Shown: one piece after another, positions 29,113 through 37,831 of the stretch
How positions within the stretch are numbered: position 1 is the stretch's first letter
Layout of the letters: each line of letters opens with the position of its first letter
NCBI GenBank assembly: GCA_965204345.1
Contig: OZ241981.1
Span: 1,088,001 to 1,152,000, forward strand
DNA length: 64,000 nucleotides
Direction: 5' to 3'
Source: Nitrosopumilus sp.
GTDB lineage: Archaea; Thermoproteota; Nitrososphaeria; Nitrososphaerales; Nitrosopumilaceae
Notes under the pieces: model-generated
The model's input: the letters and a program-made list of their open reading frames with translations, nothing else
What the model was told of the DNA's origin: nothing
The model's database searches: none
Program-made: the position numbers and the translations under genes

Positions 29113-31278
29113 TCAGACAATGTAAGGTGACTTACATTTTGGGCACTTGTCTTCAAACGGTTCATCCTTAAAACCACATTCGCCACAAATTGTGGTATTT
29201 CTCATAGGCTTGAAGGAAGGCGTAAGTTCTGATGCTTTTTCGATAGATTTTTTGATTTCCTCTACCTTTGCTGCTTTATCAATCTCCAAAGTTACTAGTA
29301 ATCCACCATTAAGCAGTTTTGATAGTTTGTTACATTCAGAGATAGGCTCGGTTTTGTTGGTATAATTGGAGATTTCAGATGCATTTACAGATATGCCTTG
29401 AGAATAAAAATCAGCATCCATTGAATTTAGGGTGGAATTTTTGCCATATTTCTCTCCATCAAGGGTTGCAAAACGAGTAGAGCCTTCAGTTTCAGTCATA
29501 GAAATAGCCACCGTCTCGGATAATTCTTTACCTTTTTTGGCACCTACATCAACTGCTGTCTCAATGACTTTGTGTAAAATATCACGTCCCTCTTTGTTAT
29601 CTTGAAATCCAAGTATGTTAAACACTGCCTCTTTTAGTCCAACCAGATTAACAACGAGAGAGACTGAACTTTTTTGCATGTATTGAGTATTTTTTGCAAG
29701 AATTGGATTTAGTCCTCTTCTGGTTAGATCCGAAATCTCTTTTTTTCTTAATGCCATTGAAGCTAAAGCCGGTTTCATTAACAATGCAAGTCTTGCTCTA
29801 AAATAAGTCTCATCCTTATTGGATTCAAAAGCCAATCTTGGAAGATTGATCGAAACAGATTGTAATGCAATTGAGAGTGGGCCCGATGCTTTAGTAGTGC
29901 CATTAGTAATACCATGGCTAGAAGTCTGTCCTTTAGCAAACATGACTTTTCCACCAAGGGAAATTATTTCAGATACTGCCTGGGATACATCAGTTATTTT
30001 TCCTTTAGAAGTATCAATTATCAAACCAATCTTTGGTATTGGCGTAATCTTTGTATAATTTTTGTATGCAGCAATAATCGAATTAATAATTTTTGTATCA
30101 GTTCCTAATTGCAAGTGAATTGAAATATTCGTACTAGTTTTGTTATATTTAGAAGTGGTTGATGCAGTTGCAAAAGCATTGGTTAATTTTTGTTCAAGAT
30201 CCAGAAGAGATTTTGAATGTTTTGTAAATAATGAGACTAGTCCATTAAGTACAACTTCTTGTGAGGCTTCTTTTGAAAGAAGTGAGATAACCACAGATAG
30301 TGAACTTGTAATCTCGTCTAGTTGTTTTGATGCGGGAATTCTTGATACATCAAGGTATTTTCCACCAAGATCAATTCCATTATCAATTAATTCTTTAATG
30401 TTAACAAATATTGTATCAGGAATCATGGACCAAATTCCAGGATTGGTAATATGTAGATCTCCAGAAAGATGAGAGTCTGCTACGTCTTTAGGTAAAATAT
30501 TTGTAAGAAGATGCTCAGCGAATACTTTTTGTCCTGTATTAAACAAAAGACCTTCAGCACCATTATCCACATTGTCTAAATTAGAAATCATCTCCTGAAC
30601 ATCATACACAGGCAGGCCTAGGCGTGCAAGTTTATTCCTATATTCTTCATGACCGTGTTCTAGCAGTACAGAATTGACCATTTCGCGGATTAATGCGCCT
30701 GTAAGGTATGTAGTCTGGTATTTGTAAATTCTGTTTTCTACTTCTTCAGTAATTTTTTGTGCCAATTCTAGAGGGAGGCTTCCTTCTCTTACTAGAGATT
30801 GAATAATTTTATGTGAATTAAACTCCTCAATTGATTCAGAAGATGTTCTAACATACATTTTTCCACTTTCAATAATTGATCGTTCTTCAATTTGTCTTGC
30901 TAAACTTAGGACGAGTTTTCCAAGATTTGTAATTGTGTATCGTCTTTCAGATTTATTGAGTGCAACAAGCGATTGTCTAAGTAGTTTCCTCAAGTGATAT
31001 GCAAATTTGCCACTTTCTTTTTTTGATTTAAAGCCAGCCAGAGACTTTAGTTCAGAATAAGTCAATGGGCCTTTGGAATTTAAAATTCTCAAAATATCAA
31101 TTCTGTTGGGGCTTGCCATAACAGAAAAGATCATTCTAACACGTTTTGATGTAGATTGTAAAATGCCACCTCTTTGAGATTCTGAATCAGAATCCAAATC
31201 CTCGTCTATATCTTCATCCAAGTCAGAGTCTATATCTGCATCCATATCTAGTTCTAACTCCTCTTTACTTAGTTTCAT
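29113..31278 (-). CDS. ArsR-type wHTH + ATP cone + degenerate class III RNR (NrdD)-like fusion
   Basis: SPNRIDIL...FAYHLRKL HTH; VRTS...EEFNSHKIIQSL ATP cone; SHLSGDLHI, SINLPRLA and C-terminal CGEC..CPKC, with no glycyl-radical RxxGY. Confidence 0.85.
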   Translation of the reverse strand: MKLSKEELELDMDADIDSDLDEDIDEDLDSDSESQRGGILQSTSKRVRMIFSVMASPNRIDILRILNSKGPLTYSELKSLAGFKSKKESGKFAYHLRKLLRQSLVALNKSERRYTITNLGKLVLSLARQIEERSIIESGKMYVRTSSESIEEFNSHKIIQSLVREGSLPLELAQKITEEVENRIYKYQTTYLTGALIREMVNSVLLEHGHEEYRNKLARLGLPVYDVQEMISNLDNVDNGAEGLLFNTGQKVFAEHLLTNILPKDVADSHLSGDLHITNPGIWSMIPDTIFVNIKELIDNGIDLGGKYLDVSRIPASKQLDEITSSLSVVISLLSKEASQEVVLNGLVSLFTKHSKSLLDLEQKLTNAFATASTTSKYNKTSTNISIHLQLGTDTKIINSIIAAYKNYTKITPIPKIGLIIDTSKGKITDVSQAVSEIISLGGKVMFAKGQTSSHGITNGTTKASGPLSIALQSVSINLPRLAFESNKDETYFRARLALLMKPALASMALRKKEISDLTRRGLNPILAKNTQYMQKSSVSLVVNLVGLKEAVFNILGFQDNKEGRDILHKVIETAVDVGAKKGKELSETVAISMTETEGSTRFATLDGEKYGKNSTLNSMDADFYSQGISVNASEISNYTNKTEPISECNKLSKLLNGGLLVTLEIDKAAKVEEIKKSIEKASELTPSFKPMRNTTICGECGFKDEPFEDKCPKCKSPYIV

Positions 31279-31396
31279 TGTTGTCTCTAAAATTAAGGAG
31301 TAAATAAGACTTATGACTAGATCAAATTTGATAGTTTTCAATCAAAATATTCTTGAAAATGTAAAAATGATCTTTGAACATGATCATTTTCTTAGA

Positions 31397-31558
31397 TTAG
31401 TTTTCTTGGACATCTAATGAAAACTCTGATGTTGAAAGTTTTTGTCCACATGATGGACATTTTCCATTTGATGGATTAAGAACATCCTTTAGAGATTTTA
31501 ACATTTTCATGTTTGTGATCTTTTCTCCACATTTACCACATGTAATTTCTACTGACAT
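31397..31558 (-). CDS. Small CPxCG-type Zn-ribbon protein (53 aa, absent from ORF track)
   Basis: Manual translation MSVEITCGKCGEKITNMKMLKSLKDVLNPSNGKCPSCGQKLSTSEFSLDVQEN*. Confidence 0.8.
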   Translation of the reverse strand: MSVEITCGKCGEKITNMKMLKSLKDVLNPSNGKCPSCGQKLSTSEFSLDVQEN

Positions 31559-31628
31559 AAAGATGATCAGGCATACAAAATAATTAAGAAGGGATTTTGA
31601 ATTTATTTAATAATTCAAACAAATTATT

Positions 31629-31994
31629 TTACTGTTTTTCAATGATTATGCCACGTTCATCAAAATCAGTAATTTTTGCTCGGGTTCCAATAGGCAAGTC
31701 TGCAGGAGTGGCAATTTCTCCCATGAATCCAGAAATTCTCAAATCAGTATTATCTAGTTGAAGCACAACAAAGGCATATGGAGTGTATTTTTCAAAACCG
31801 GCAGGAGCAACAGTAATTATGGTATAAGTAGCAATTGAGCCTACACCGTCTAAAATAGCATCCTCAAACTCCTTGCTGCCACATTTTTGACAGTAATACA
31901 CAGTCGACAGATGCAGTAAGCCGCAACTAGAGCACTTGTGAGCAAAAACCTTGCCGTTTTTTGCATTCTCTATAAGTTGTTCTTCGATCGTCAT
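31629..31994 (-). CDS. DUF35 Zn-ribbon/OB-fold protein (thiolase partner)
   Basis: KCSSCG...CQKCGS, YTII..AP.GF...PY; ATG 1 bp after the thiolase stop. Confidence 0.9.
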   Translation of the reverse strand: MTIEEQLIENAKNGKVFAHKCSSCGLLHLSTVYYCQKCGSKEFEDAILDGVGSIATYTIITVAPAGFEKYTPYAFVVLQLDNTDLRISGFMGEIATPADLPIGTRAKITDFDERGIIIEKQ

Positions 31995-31995
31995 T

Positions 31996-33159
31996 TTACA
32001 CACTTTGGAATACATGAACAGCGCAACTTGCACCTGTTGCACCAAAGTTATGAGTTAAACCAATTTTTGCATCTTTAACGGCTCTATCACCGGCATTTCC
32101 AGTCAATTGATCAAATACTTCTACCACTTGCCCAACTCCTGTTGCTCCAATTGGATGTCCTTTTGATTTAAGACCACCTGATGGATTAATTGAAATGTCA
32201 GAATTTAATTTTGTTCTACCTTCACGAACAGCCTGGATACCTTGTCCCTTATCAAAGAATCCTAAATCTTCAGTGTCAACTATTTCCGCAATTGTGAAAC
32301 AATCATGGACTTCTGCAAAATCAATATCTTTTGCAGTAACTCCGGCCATTTTGTAGGCGTCTGCTGCAGCAAGTTTTGTACTAGGAATTGTTGTCATGTG
32401 TTCACGTCCCTGTAATGCAGCTGGCGAACCACCCCTTCCTGATCCAATTACGTCAATGTAATCACCGCCATGTTCTTTGGCAAACTTTTCAGAACAAAGA
32501 ATAACAGAACTTGCACCATCAGAGAACGGGCAGCAATCATAAAGTTTTAGCGGACTTGCAACAACTGGGGAATTCATCACATCATCAACTGTAATTTTCT
32601 TTTGCATGTGCGCTTTAGGATTAAGATATCCATTGTCATGGTTTTTTACCGCAACACTTGCAAAATCTTCTTCGGTTGCATCAAACTCTGTCAAATATGC
32701 CCTTGCCATCGATGCAAACAAACCGGGAAATGATGCTCCTGCTTGGCCTTCATAGAAAAAGTCAGAACAGTATGCAAAGTAGGTTGTCGTCCATTCAGTT
32801 CCGGTATGAGTTACTTTTTCAACACCGGTTACAACCAGACAGTCATAGAATCCTGCCGCAACATTTGCATATGCTTCCCTAAAAGATACAGAACCGCTAC
32901 CGCATGCGGATTCTATTGTCAATGATGGCTTGTCAGGAATTCCCAATCTGCTCATTAAAACAGGGCCGATATGGACCTGTTTGTCAGCTACTCCAAAAAC
33001 ATTTGAAATGTAAGATGCCTTGATCTCTTTTGGATCAATTCCTGCACTTTCTATGGCTGAAACTGACGCCTGAGTGGTAATATCAGCAATACTTTCGTTT
33101 AATTTTCCATATTTGGTGCTACCAGCACCAAGAACACAAACCTTTTCCACAAATGTCAC
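31996..33159 (-). CDS. Archaeal acetyl-CoA acetyltransferase / beta-ketothiolase
   Basis: ESACGSG, CCPFSDGA, EVHDCF, NPSGGLKSKGHPIGATG. Confidence 0.93.
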   Translation of the reverse strand: MTFVEKVCVLGAGSTKYGKLNESIADITTQASVSAIESAGIDPKEIKASYISNVFGVADKQVHIGPVLMSRLGIPDKPSLTIESACGSGSVSFREAYANVAAGFYDCLVVTGVEKVTHTGTEWTTTYFAYCSDFFYEGQAGASFPGLFASMARAYLTEFDATEEDFASVAVKNHDNGYLNPKAHMQKKITVDDVMNSPVVASPLKLYDCCPFSDGASSVILCSEKFAKEHGGDYIDVIGSGRGGSPAALQGREHMTTIPSTKLAAADAYKMAGVTAKDIDFAEVHDCFTIAEIVDTEDLGFFDKGQGIQAVREGRTKLNSDISINPSGGLKSKGHPIGATGVGQVVEVFDQLTGNAGDRAVKDAKIGLTHNFGATGASCAVHVFQSV

Positions 33160-33207
33160 TGACCAATTTCCCTATAAAAATTGTTTTAGTAAATTCATCA
33201 CAGAAAG

Positions 33208-33678
33208 ATGCCAAGACGAAAATCAAGTGTAAAAACAATTCAGATTAAAAAACCGACAATGAGACATGTGGTTAAGACTACAAAATCAAGAACCAATATT
33301 TTCAAAAAGGAAATAATTCAGTATTTTGACAGTAATGGATTTCTCTCCTGGTCATCAAAAGATAAAAAATACATTATTCTTGGAACAAATTCTCCTAAAA
33401 ATGGCCTGGTTCCATGTCCTGAATGTAAATTAGGAGAATTGATGGTTATTAGGTCTAAAGTTACGAGAAAAAGATTCATGGGTTGTTCAAACTTTTATGG
33501 TGGATGTAAAGCATCATCTCCATTATTACAAAAAGCACGGATGAGGGCAACGAAAACGCCATGTGATGTATGCAAATGGCCAATGATAATTTTTCGTTAT
33601 TCACGAAATCAAAAATGGACTAAACAATGTGGGAATTTTAATTGTAAAAGTAGGAAGGCTAAAAAATCTTCAAAGTAG
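33208..33678 (+). CDS. Stand-alone topoisomerase I C4 zinc-finger domain protein
   Basis: CPECKLGELMVIRS...RFMGCSNF..C; CDVC...CGNFNC. Confidence 0.85.
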   Translation: MPRRKSSVKTIQIKKPTMRHVVKTTKSRTNIFKKEIIQYFDSNGFLSWSSKDKKYIILGTNSPKNGLVPCPECKLGELMVIRSKVTRKRFMGCSNFYGGCKASSPLLQKARMRATKTPCDVCKWPMIIFRYSRNQKWTKQCGNFNCKSRKAKKSSK

Positions 33679-34468
33679 GATAAATATCAGTCCTTCTGCT
33701 TTTTAATAATGGCAAAATTTTACGTGTTTGCTTTACTTTGTTCAAATCAATGCTGACAAAGCTTATTCCTTGTTTCTTTTTCATGTCAAGTAAAATTTTT
33801 CCATACGGATCAATTACTAAACTTCTTCCACAATAAATATTCCCGACTTGATCTGGTGCAATAACATAACATCCATTTTCAATTGCACGTGTCTTGTTAA
33901 TTGCAATCCAATGTTCTTCCTTCATTTTTCCTTTGACCCAAGCAGAGGGAGCAACCAGAATTTCTGAGCCAGCAGCTGCAAGTGATCTTGACATTTCAGG
34001 AAATCTCAAATCATAGCAAATCATCATGCCGATTTTTCCAATAGATGTTTTTACAGGCTTGGAAATTTTTGATCCGGATATCATCTTATCAGACTCTCGA
34101 AATCCAAGTGCATCATAAAGATGGATTTTTCTATAGGTAGAAATTACTTTGCCAGATTTGTCAATTACAAAAGCAGTGTCATAAACACGATTATTTTTTC
34201 TGCTTTTCTCATAAAATGAGCCTATAACTTGGATTTTATTTTCTTTGGCAGTCTTTGCTATGGTACTAACAAAATTTCCATGGATTGTTTCGGCTAGACT
34301 TGCTAGTTGCTTTGGAGTTTGAGATGAATTTGTGTAAAACATCATAAATTCAGGAAAGGCACACAAGGTTGCGTTTTTAGAAGACGATTTTGAAATCAAT
34401 GAGATAATTTTTTTTAAATTGATCTCTTTCTTAGTTGATGCCTTGAATTGAATTACTGCAACTTTCAT
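33659..34468 (-). CDS. Carbon-nitrogen hydrolase (Nit1/Nit2-like amidase)
   Basis: FPE, YRKIHLYD and ICYDLRFPE catalytic triad; RAIENG. Confidence 0.92.
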   Translation of the reverse strand: MKVAVIQFKASTKKEINLKKIISLISKSSSKNATLCAFPEFMMFYTNSSQTPKQLASLAETIHGNFVSTIAKTAKENKIQVIGSFYEKSRKNNRVYDTAFVIDKSGKVISTYRKIHLYDALGFRESDKMISGSKISKPVKTSIGKIGMMICYDLRFPEMSRSLAAAGSEILVAPSAWVKGKMKEEHWIAINKTRAIENGCYVIAPDQVGNIYCGRSLVIDPYGKILLDMKKKQGISFVSIDLNKVKQTRKILPLLKSRRTDIYPTLKIF

Positions 34469-34507
34469 AAAATCAATTGATCAGATGACAATAAAAGGAT
34501 AAACTAT

Positions 34508-34530
34508 TGGTACATCTGACAAATGTACCA
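34508..34530. promoter_or_regulatory. Inverted repeat TGGTACAT-N7-ATGTACCA upstream of the C-N hydrolase gene
   Basis: Perfect 8-bp arms, 40 bp upstream of ATG 34468. Confidence 0.4.
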
Positions 34531-34594
34531 TTCTTCTTATTATGTAAATTCACTAAAAGAAATGTAAATCGATTCATAGTGTGTATGTTATTCC

Positions 34595-34620
34595 TTGACT
34601 GGAAGATATCTTCCAGTCAA
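34595..34620. repeat. Perfect 26-bp palindrome (hairpin, terminator or operator)
   Basis: TTGACTGGAAGATATCTTCCAGTCAA is its own reverse complement. Confidence 0.8.
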
Positions 34621-34636
34621 ATATTTTTAAAAATAA

Positions 34637-34813
34637 TTAAAGATGGTTTCCTGCTAGAAACCAATTTTCTTTAGGATTGTCTTCAAAAACAACAATAACA
34701 TGACTTTCTTTTGTTTTTAGAATTTTGACTGCTGATTTTGTGATTGCTTTTGCATACTCATCTTTTTGTTCCTGAGTCCTACCAGGATACATTGATACTG
34801 TAATCAAAGGCAT
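34637..34813 (-). CDS. 4-oxalocrotonate tautomerase family protein (58 aa, absent from ORF track)
   Basis: MPLITVSMYPGRTQEQKDEYAKAITKSAVKILKTKESHVIVVFEDNPKENWFLAGNHL*, with Pro1 and GRT.EQK. Confidence 0.9.
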   Translation of the reverse strand: MPLITVSMYPGRTQEQKDEYAKAITKSAVKILKTKESHVIVVFEDNPKENWFLAGNHL

Positions 34814-34846
34814 GTAAATTTCAAATAAAATCAGTGATTTATGTTT

Positions 34847-35614
34847 TCAATAATCGGATCTGTAGCCATACCTTGTTCCATATGTAAAATCAGAACTATG
34901 CATTTTTTTATAGATATACCCTGTTCCCAAGCCAACTACAAATCCGCCAATGTGTGCCAAATATGCTACGCCGCCTCCTGCAATACCAAATCCCCCAATA
35001 AAAAACGGAAGTAAATTTTGAAAAATCAGCCAGAATGGCAAGAACCAGCGTGCTTGAATATGCATCATTCTCCAAAAGAATCCCATCATTAGAAATGTCT
35101 GAATCCGTGCTCGCGGGAAGATTACAAGATATGCACCCAAGATGCCAGAAATTGCACCGGATGCTCCAACTGCAGGAGTTATACTGTTAATGTCACCAAG
35201 TATGTGAATTAATCCTGCGGCTATTCCCCACATTAAATAAATGCCAAGATATTTAATTTTTCCAAATTTTTGTTCGATATTATCACCAAATATCCACAAA
35301 AACAAAAGATTGCCACCAAGATGAACCAATCCACCATGCATGAAAGTTGATGTCAATAATGTAATTTCCGAAAATGCAGGGCATTGTTGAATGCCATTGC
35401 CAGTATCAATTCCACTAAATTCCCCAGTAATGCAGATAGGTACTGCACCCCAGTTGTAAAACATTACAAATGCGTTTTGATTTGAAAAATCAAAAAATTG
35501 TCCTGTATATGCAACTTCCATAAAAAATACAATTACATTTACAATGATTAACGCATAAGTCACCTTTGGTTTGAATCCTGGTGGATGTGGGTTTTCATCT
35601 CTTAATGGAAACAT
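34847..35614 (-). CDS. Rhomboid family intramembrane serine protease
   Basis: FMHGG..HL.GN, GASGAISG, AYLAHIGGF. Confidence 0.95.
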   Translation of the reverse strand: MFPLRDENPHPPGFKPKVTYALIIVNVIVFFMEVAYTGQFFDFSNQNAFVMFYNWGAVPICITGEFSGIDTGNGIQQCPAFSEITLLTSTFMHGGLVHLGGNLLFLWIFGDNIEQKFGKIKYLGIYLMWGIAAGLIHILGDINSITPAVGASGAISGILGAYLVIFPRARIQTFLMMGFFWRMMHIQARWFLPFWLIFQNLLPFFIGGFGIAGGGVAYLAHIGGFVVGLGTGYIYKKMHSSDFTYGTRYGYRSDY

Positions 35615-35660
35615 CAGATATTTACATTCAGAAAAAATCGTATAATAAGATTATTCAATT

Positions 35661-36866
35661 TTAAATTCTAATTATTCCTTTAGATACCATCCATTCAATT
35701 CCCTGCAGAAAATCATCATCGGTAATTTTTTCATCATACCATAACTGTGAATAAATTTTTACCCAAGAAGGAATAAACTGTTCTGATTCGGCAATTTTAT
35801 CTCTATTAGAAACAGATGCAATTTGTTTTTCAAATAAAAAATCTATTCCTTTAAGAAATTCAGAATCAGAAATTTGGTTTGAATTCCACCATTCTACGTT
35901 AGTTTTGAACCATTGTGGAATTTTGGGCAAATCTGGAGGTAATCCCTTATCAAATCCAGAAATCTTCAAGACATTTTGAGATACTGGATCAACTTTAAAC
36001 GCAACGTGCCAAAAACCCATTTCATCTATGCTTTGAATAAATTCTATGGGCTCATCATCAAGGGTAACTGTAAATTTTTCATTTCCTGAAATTGGAGGAA
36101 ATTCAAAATTTGCATATGTCTCTAATGGATAACTGTTGTATCCTTTTACACTTAGAGTAGTTCCTTGCTCATTAAACTGTGCATCAGAATACCAGGCTCC
36201 TGAATCATATCTAAAATCAAAAGTACCTCCATTTTTCTTTACAGTGATTGGAATTACTGTTGTGTCTACTGGTGCAAAACAGCTATAGTAAAAAACTTCA
36301 TCTGTGATTGAGGGATCCGGATACATTGTAAAGTCTAGAATTTCGTTTGGTTCAATTTTTTCAATAAATTCCATGTTTTGACCAATATCTAAAACTTGCT
36401 CATATCCATGTATCACGGCAAATATTTTTGGATTATAGATTGTTTTTTCTCCTACATTTTGAATTCTCCCTGAAAGGTGGCCATCATCGTATTGTATCAG
36501 AGTTTCATCATAAAGGACTACGATTGGAATTACATTCTGATGGGTTTTTTTAAATGACAATTCTACAGGAGTTAAAATAGGAAATTGGCTTGACACGTCA
36601 GGAAACTTGATTTTAAAAGGAATTTCAGCCTCAGAAGCTAATGGCACATGAATAAATGTTTTAGAAGTTATTTTAGAATCATGTAATACTGAAACTGAGA
36701 TAGTGGGTATTACTGCATAGTCAAGATCATTTTTTACATTTCCTACTACCGTGTAAATTCCATTTGAGTCAAAATATCCAACATATTCATCAGTTGGAAC
36801 AAAAACTTCTGCAAAAGAACTTTGAGATGTTAATATAAATAAAATTAAAAATCCTAATAATAACAA
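35661..36866 (-). CDS. Secreted/surface protein with C-terminal thaumarchaeal IPxW..W repeats (start uncertain; ORF open to 36953)
   Basis: Signal peptide ending SSFA; IPQWFKTNVEWW...ISDSEFLKGI and IPSWVK...ITDDDFLQGIEW. Confidence 0.8.
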   Translation of the reverse strand: MLLLGFLILFILTSQSSFAEVFVPTDEYVGYFDSNGIYTVVGNVKNDLDYAVIPTISVSVLHDSKITSKTFIHVPLASEAEIPFKIKFPDVSSQFPILTPVELSFKKTHQNVIPIVVLYDETLIQYDDGHLSGRIQNVGEKTIYNPKIFAVIHGYEQVLDIGQNMEFIEKIEPNEILDFTMYPDPSITDEVFYYSCFAPVDTTVIPITVKKNGGTFDFRYDSGAWYSDAQFNEQGTTLSVKGYNSYPLETYANFEFPPISGNEKFTVTLDDEPIEFIQSIDEMGFWHVAFKVDPVSQNVLKISGFDKGLPPDLPKIPQWFKTNVEWWNSNQISDSEFLKGIDFLFEKQIASVSNRDKIAESEQFIPSWVKIYSQLWYDEKITDDDFLQGIEWMVSKGIIRI

Positions 36867-36882
36867 TAAATGATAGGAATTT

Positions 36883-37383
36883 TTAGATGGAATTGAAAAT
36901 ATCCTCGAATCCTGATATTGGTTTTTCAAGTAAGCTTGGCCTATAGTCTTCAATCAATCTATCTACAAGATCACGCACTTTAATATGATATCTTTTTTTG
37001 AGTTCGTTAAATCTTACTTCAACCAATCCGTCTTCCACGATTTGTGACATATAAAATGAAACAGTAGAAGGTGATTTTTTAACCTCTTTTACTAGTTGGG
37101 AGAATTCTAAACCGTCTTCTTTGATTAATGCAAGTAACAGGTCTCTGGGAGTTTGTTTACGCAAGGCTTTGATAACTATAGACTCCTTTTCAGTTATCTG
37201 TGGAGAATAAAACCTTACTTGACGCGGACCACGAATTACTTTAATGATTCCATTTTTTTCTAATTTTCCTAAATAATGGCTTAGAACTCCGTTTTTTAAT
37301 CCAGATGAACGCATTATTTCTCGAAATTGAATTCCAGGATTTTGTTCGATGATTTGTTGTAATTGTGAGTCCCTATCAGTCAT
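36883..37383 (-). CDS. Double winged-helix (ArsR/MarR-like) transcriptional regulator
   Basis: NPGIQFREI...GVLSHYLGKLE; second HTH SPSTVSFYM. Confidence 0.88.
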   Translation of the reverse strand: MTDRDSQLQQIIEQNPGIQFREIMRSSGLKNGVLSHYLGKLEKNGIIKVIRGPRQVRFYSPQITEKESIVIKALRKQTPRDLLLALIKEDGLEFSQLVKEVKKSPSTVSFYMSQIVEDGLVEVRFNELKKRYHIKVRDLVDRLIEDYRPSLLEKPISGFEDIFNSI

Positions 37384-37768
37384 TTCTAAACACTCCTAAT
37401 GCCAATAATCCCAATGTAATAAATGTCAACAGATGACCCACTTCAGGAAGAGTCATCTCACCCAGGTCATAGATAGAAGGCCATGTTGCATCAACAAGTA
37501 ACACAATTTCAGCCACGATAAAAGTTGTAAATGCAATTGCACTAAGTAAAAGTCGCTTTGTTCTTAACCTGAAATATGCAAAACTTGCAAGTACTGATAT
37601 GAAAACTGCAAGTGTAATTCCTCCTACATGTAAGAAGATATGTACTAAATGATATCCATGTAGCAAATGTGGAATAATTATCGGTAATGCCAAAATTGCA
37701 ACAACACCGGTTACCACAACTGAAAATAAAGCTGATTTTCGCTCAACTATTCTTTCTGGTCTAAACAA
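37376..37768 (-). CDS. Four-helix membrane protein with His residues
   Basis: PHLLHGYHLVHIFLH; four hydrophobic segments; overlaps regulator start. Confidence 0.8.
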   Translation of the reverse strand: MFRPERIVERKSALFSVVVTGVVAILALPIIIPHLLHGYHLVHIFLHVGGITLAVFISVLASFAYFRLRTKRLLLSAIAFTTFIVAEIVLLVDATWPSIYDLGEMTLPEVGHLLTFITLGLLALGVFRND

Positions 37769-37831
37769 AGTATTGAAACTGAGTAAATTTCCAATTTAAA
37801 GCGACTGGTTCATTGATCGAACAAATGCCGA

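Noticed and set aside
29113-31341. Calling this an active anaerobic ribonucleotide reductase (nrdD) or a pseudogene
   Set aside because: Glycyl-radical motif and catalytic Cys are missing, so not active NrdD; the ORF is intact with a coherent HTH/ATP-cone fusion, so not decayed
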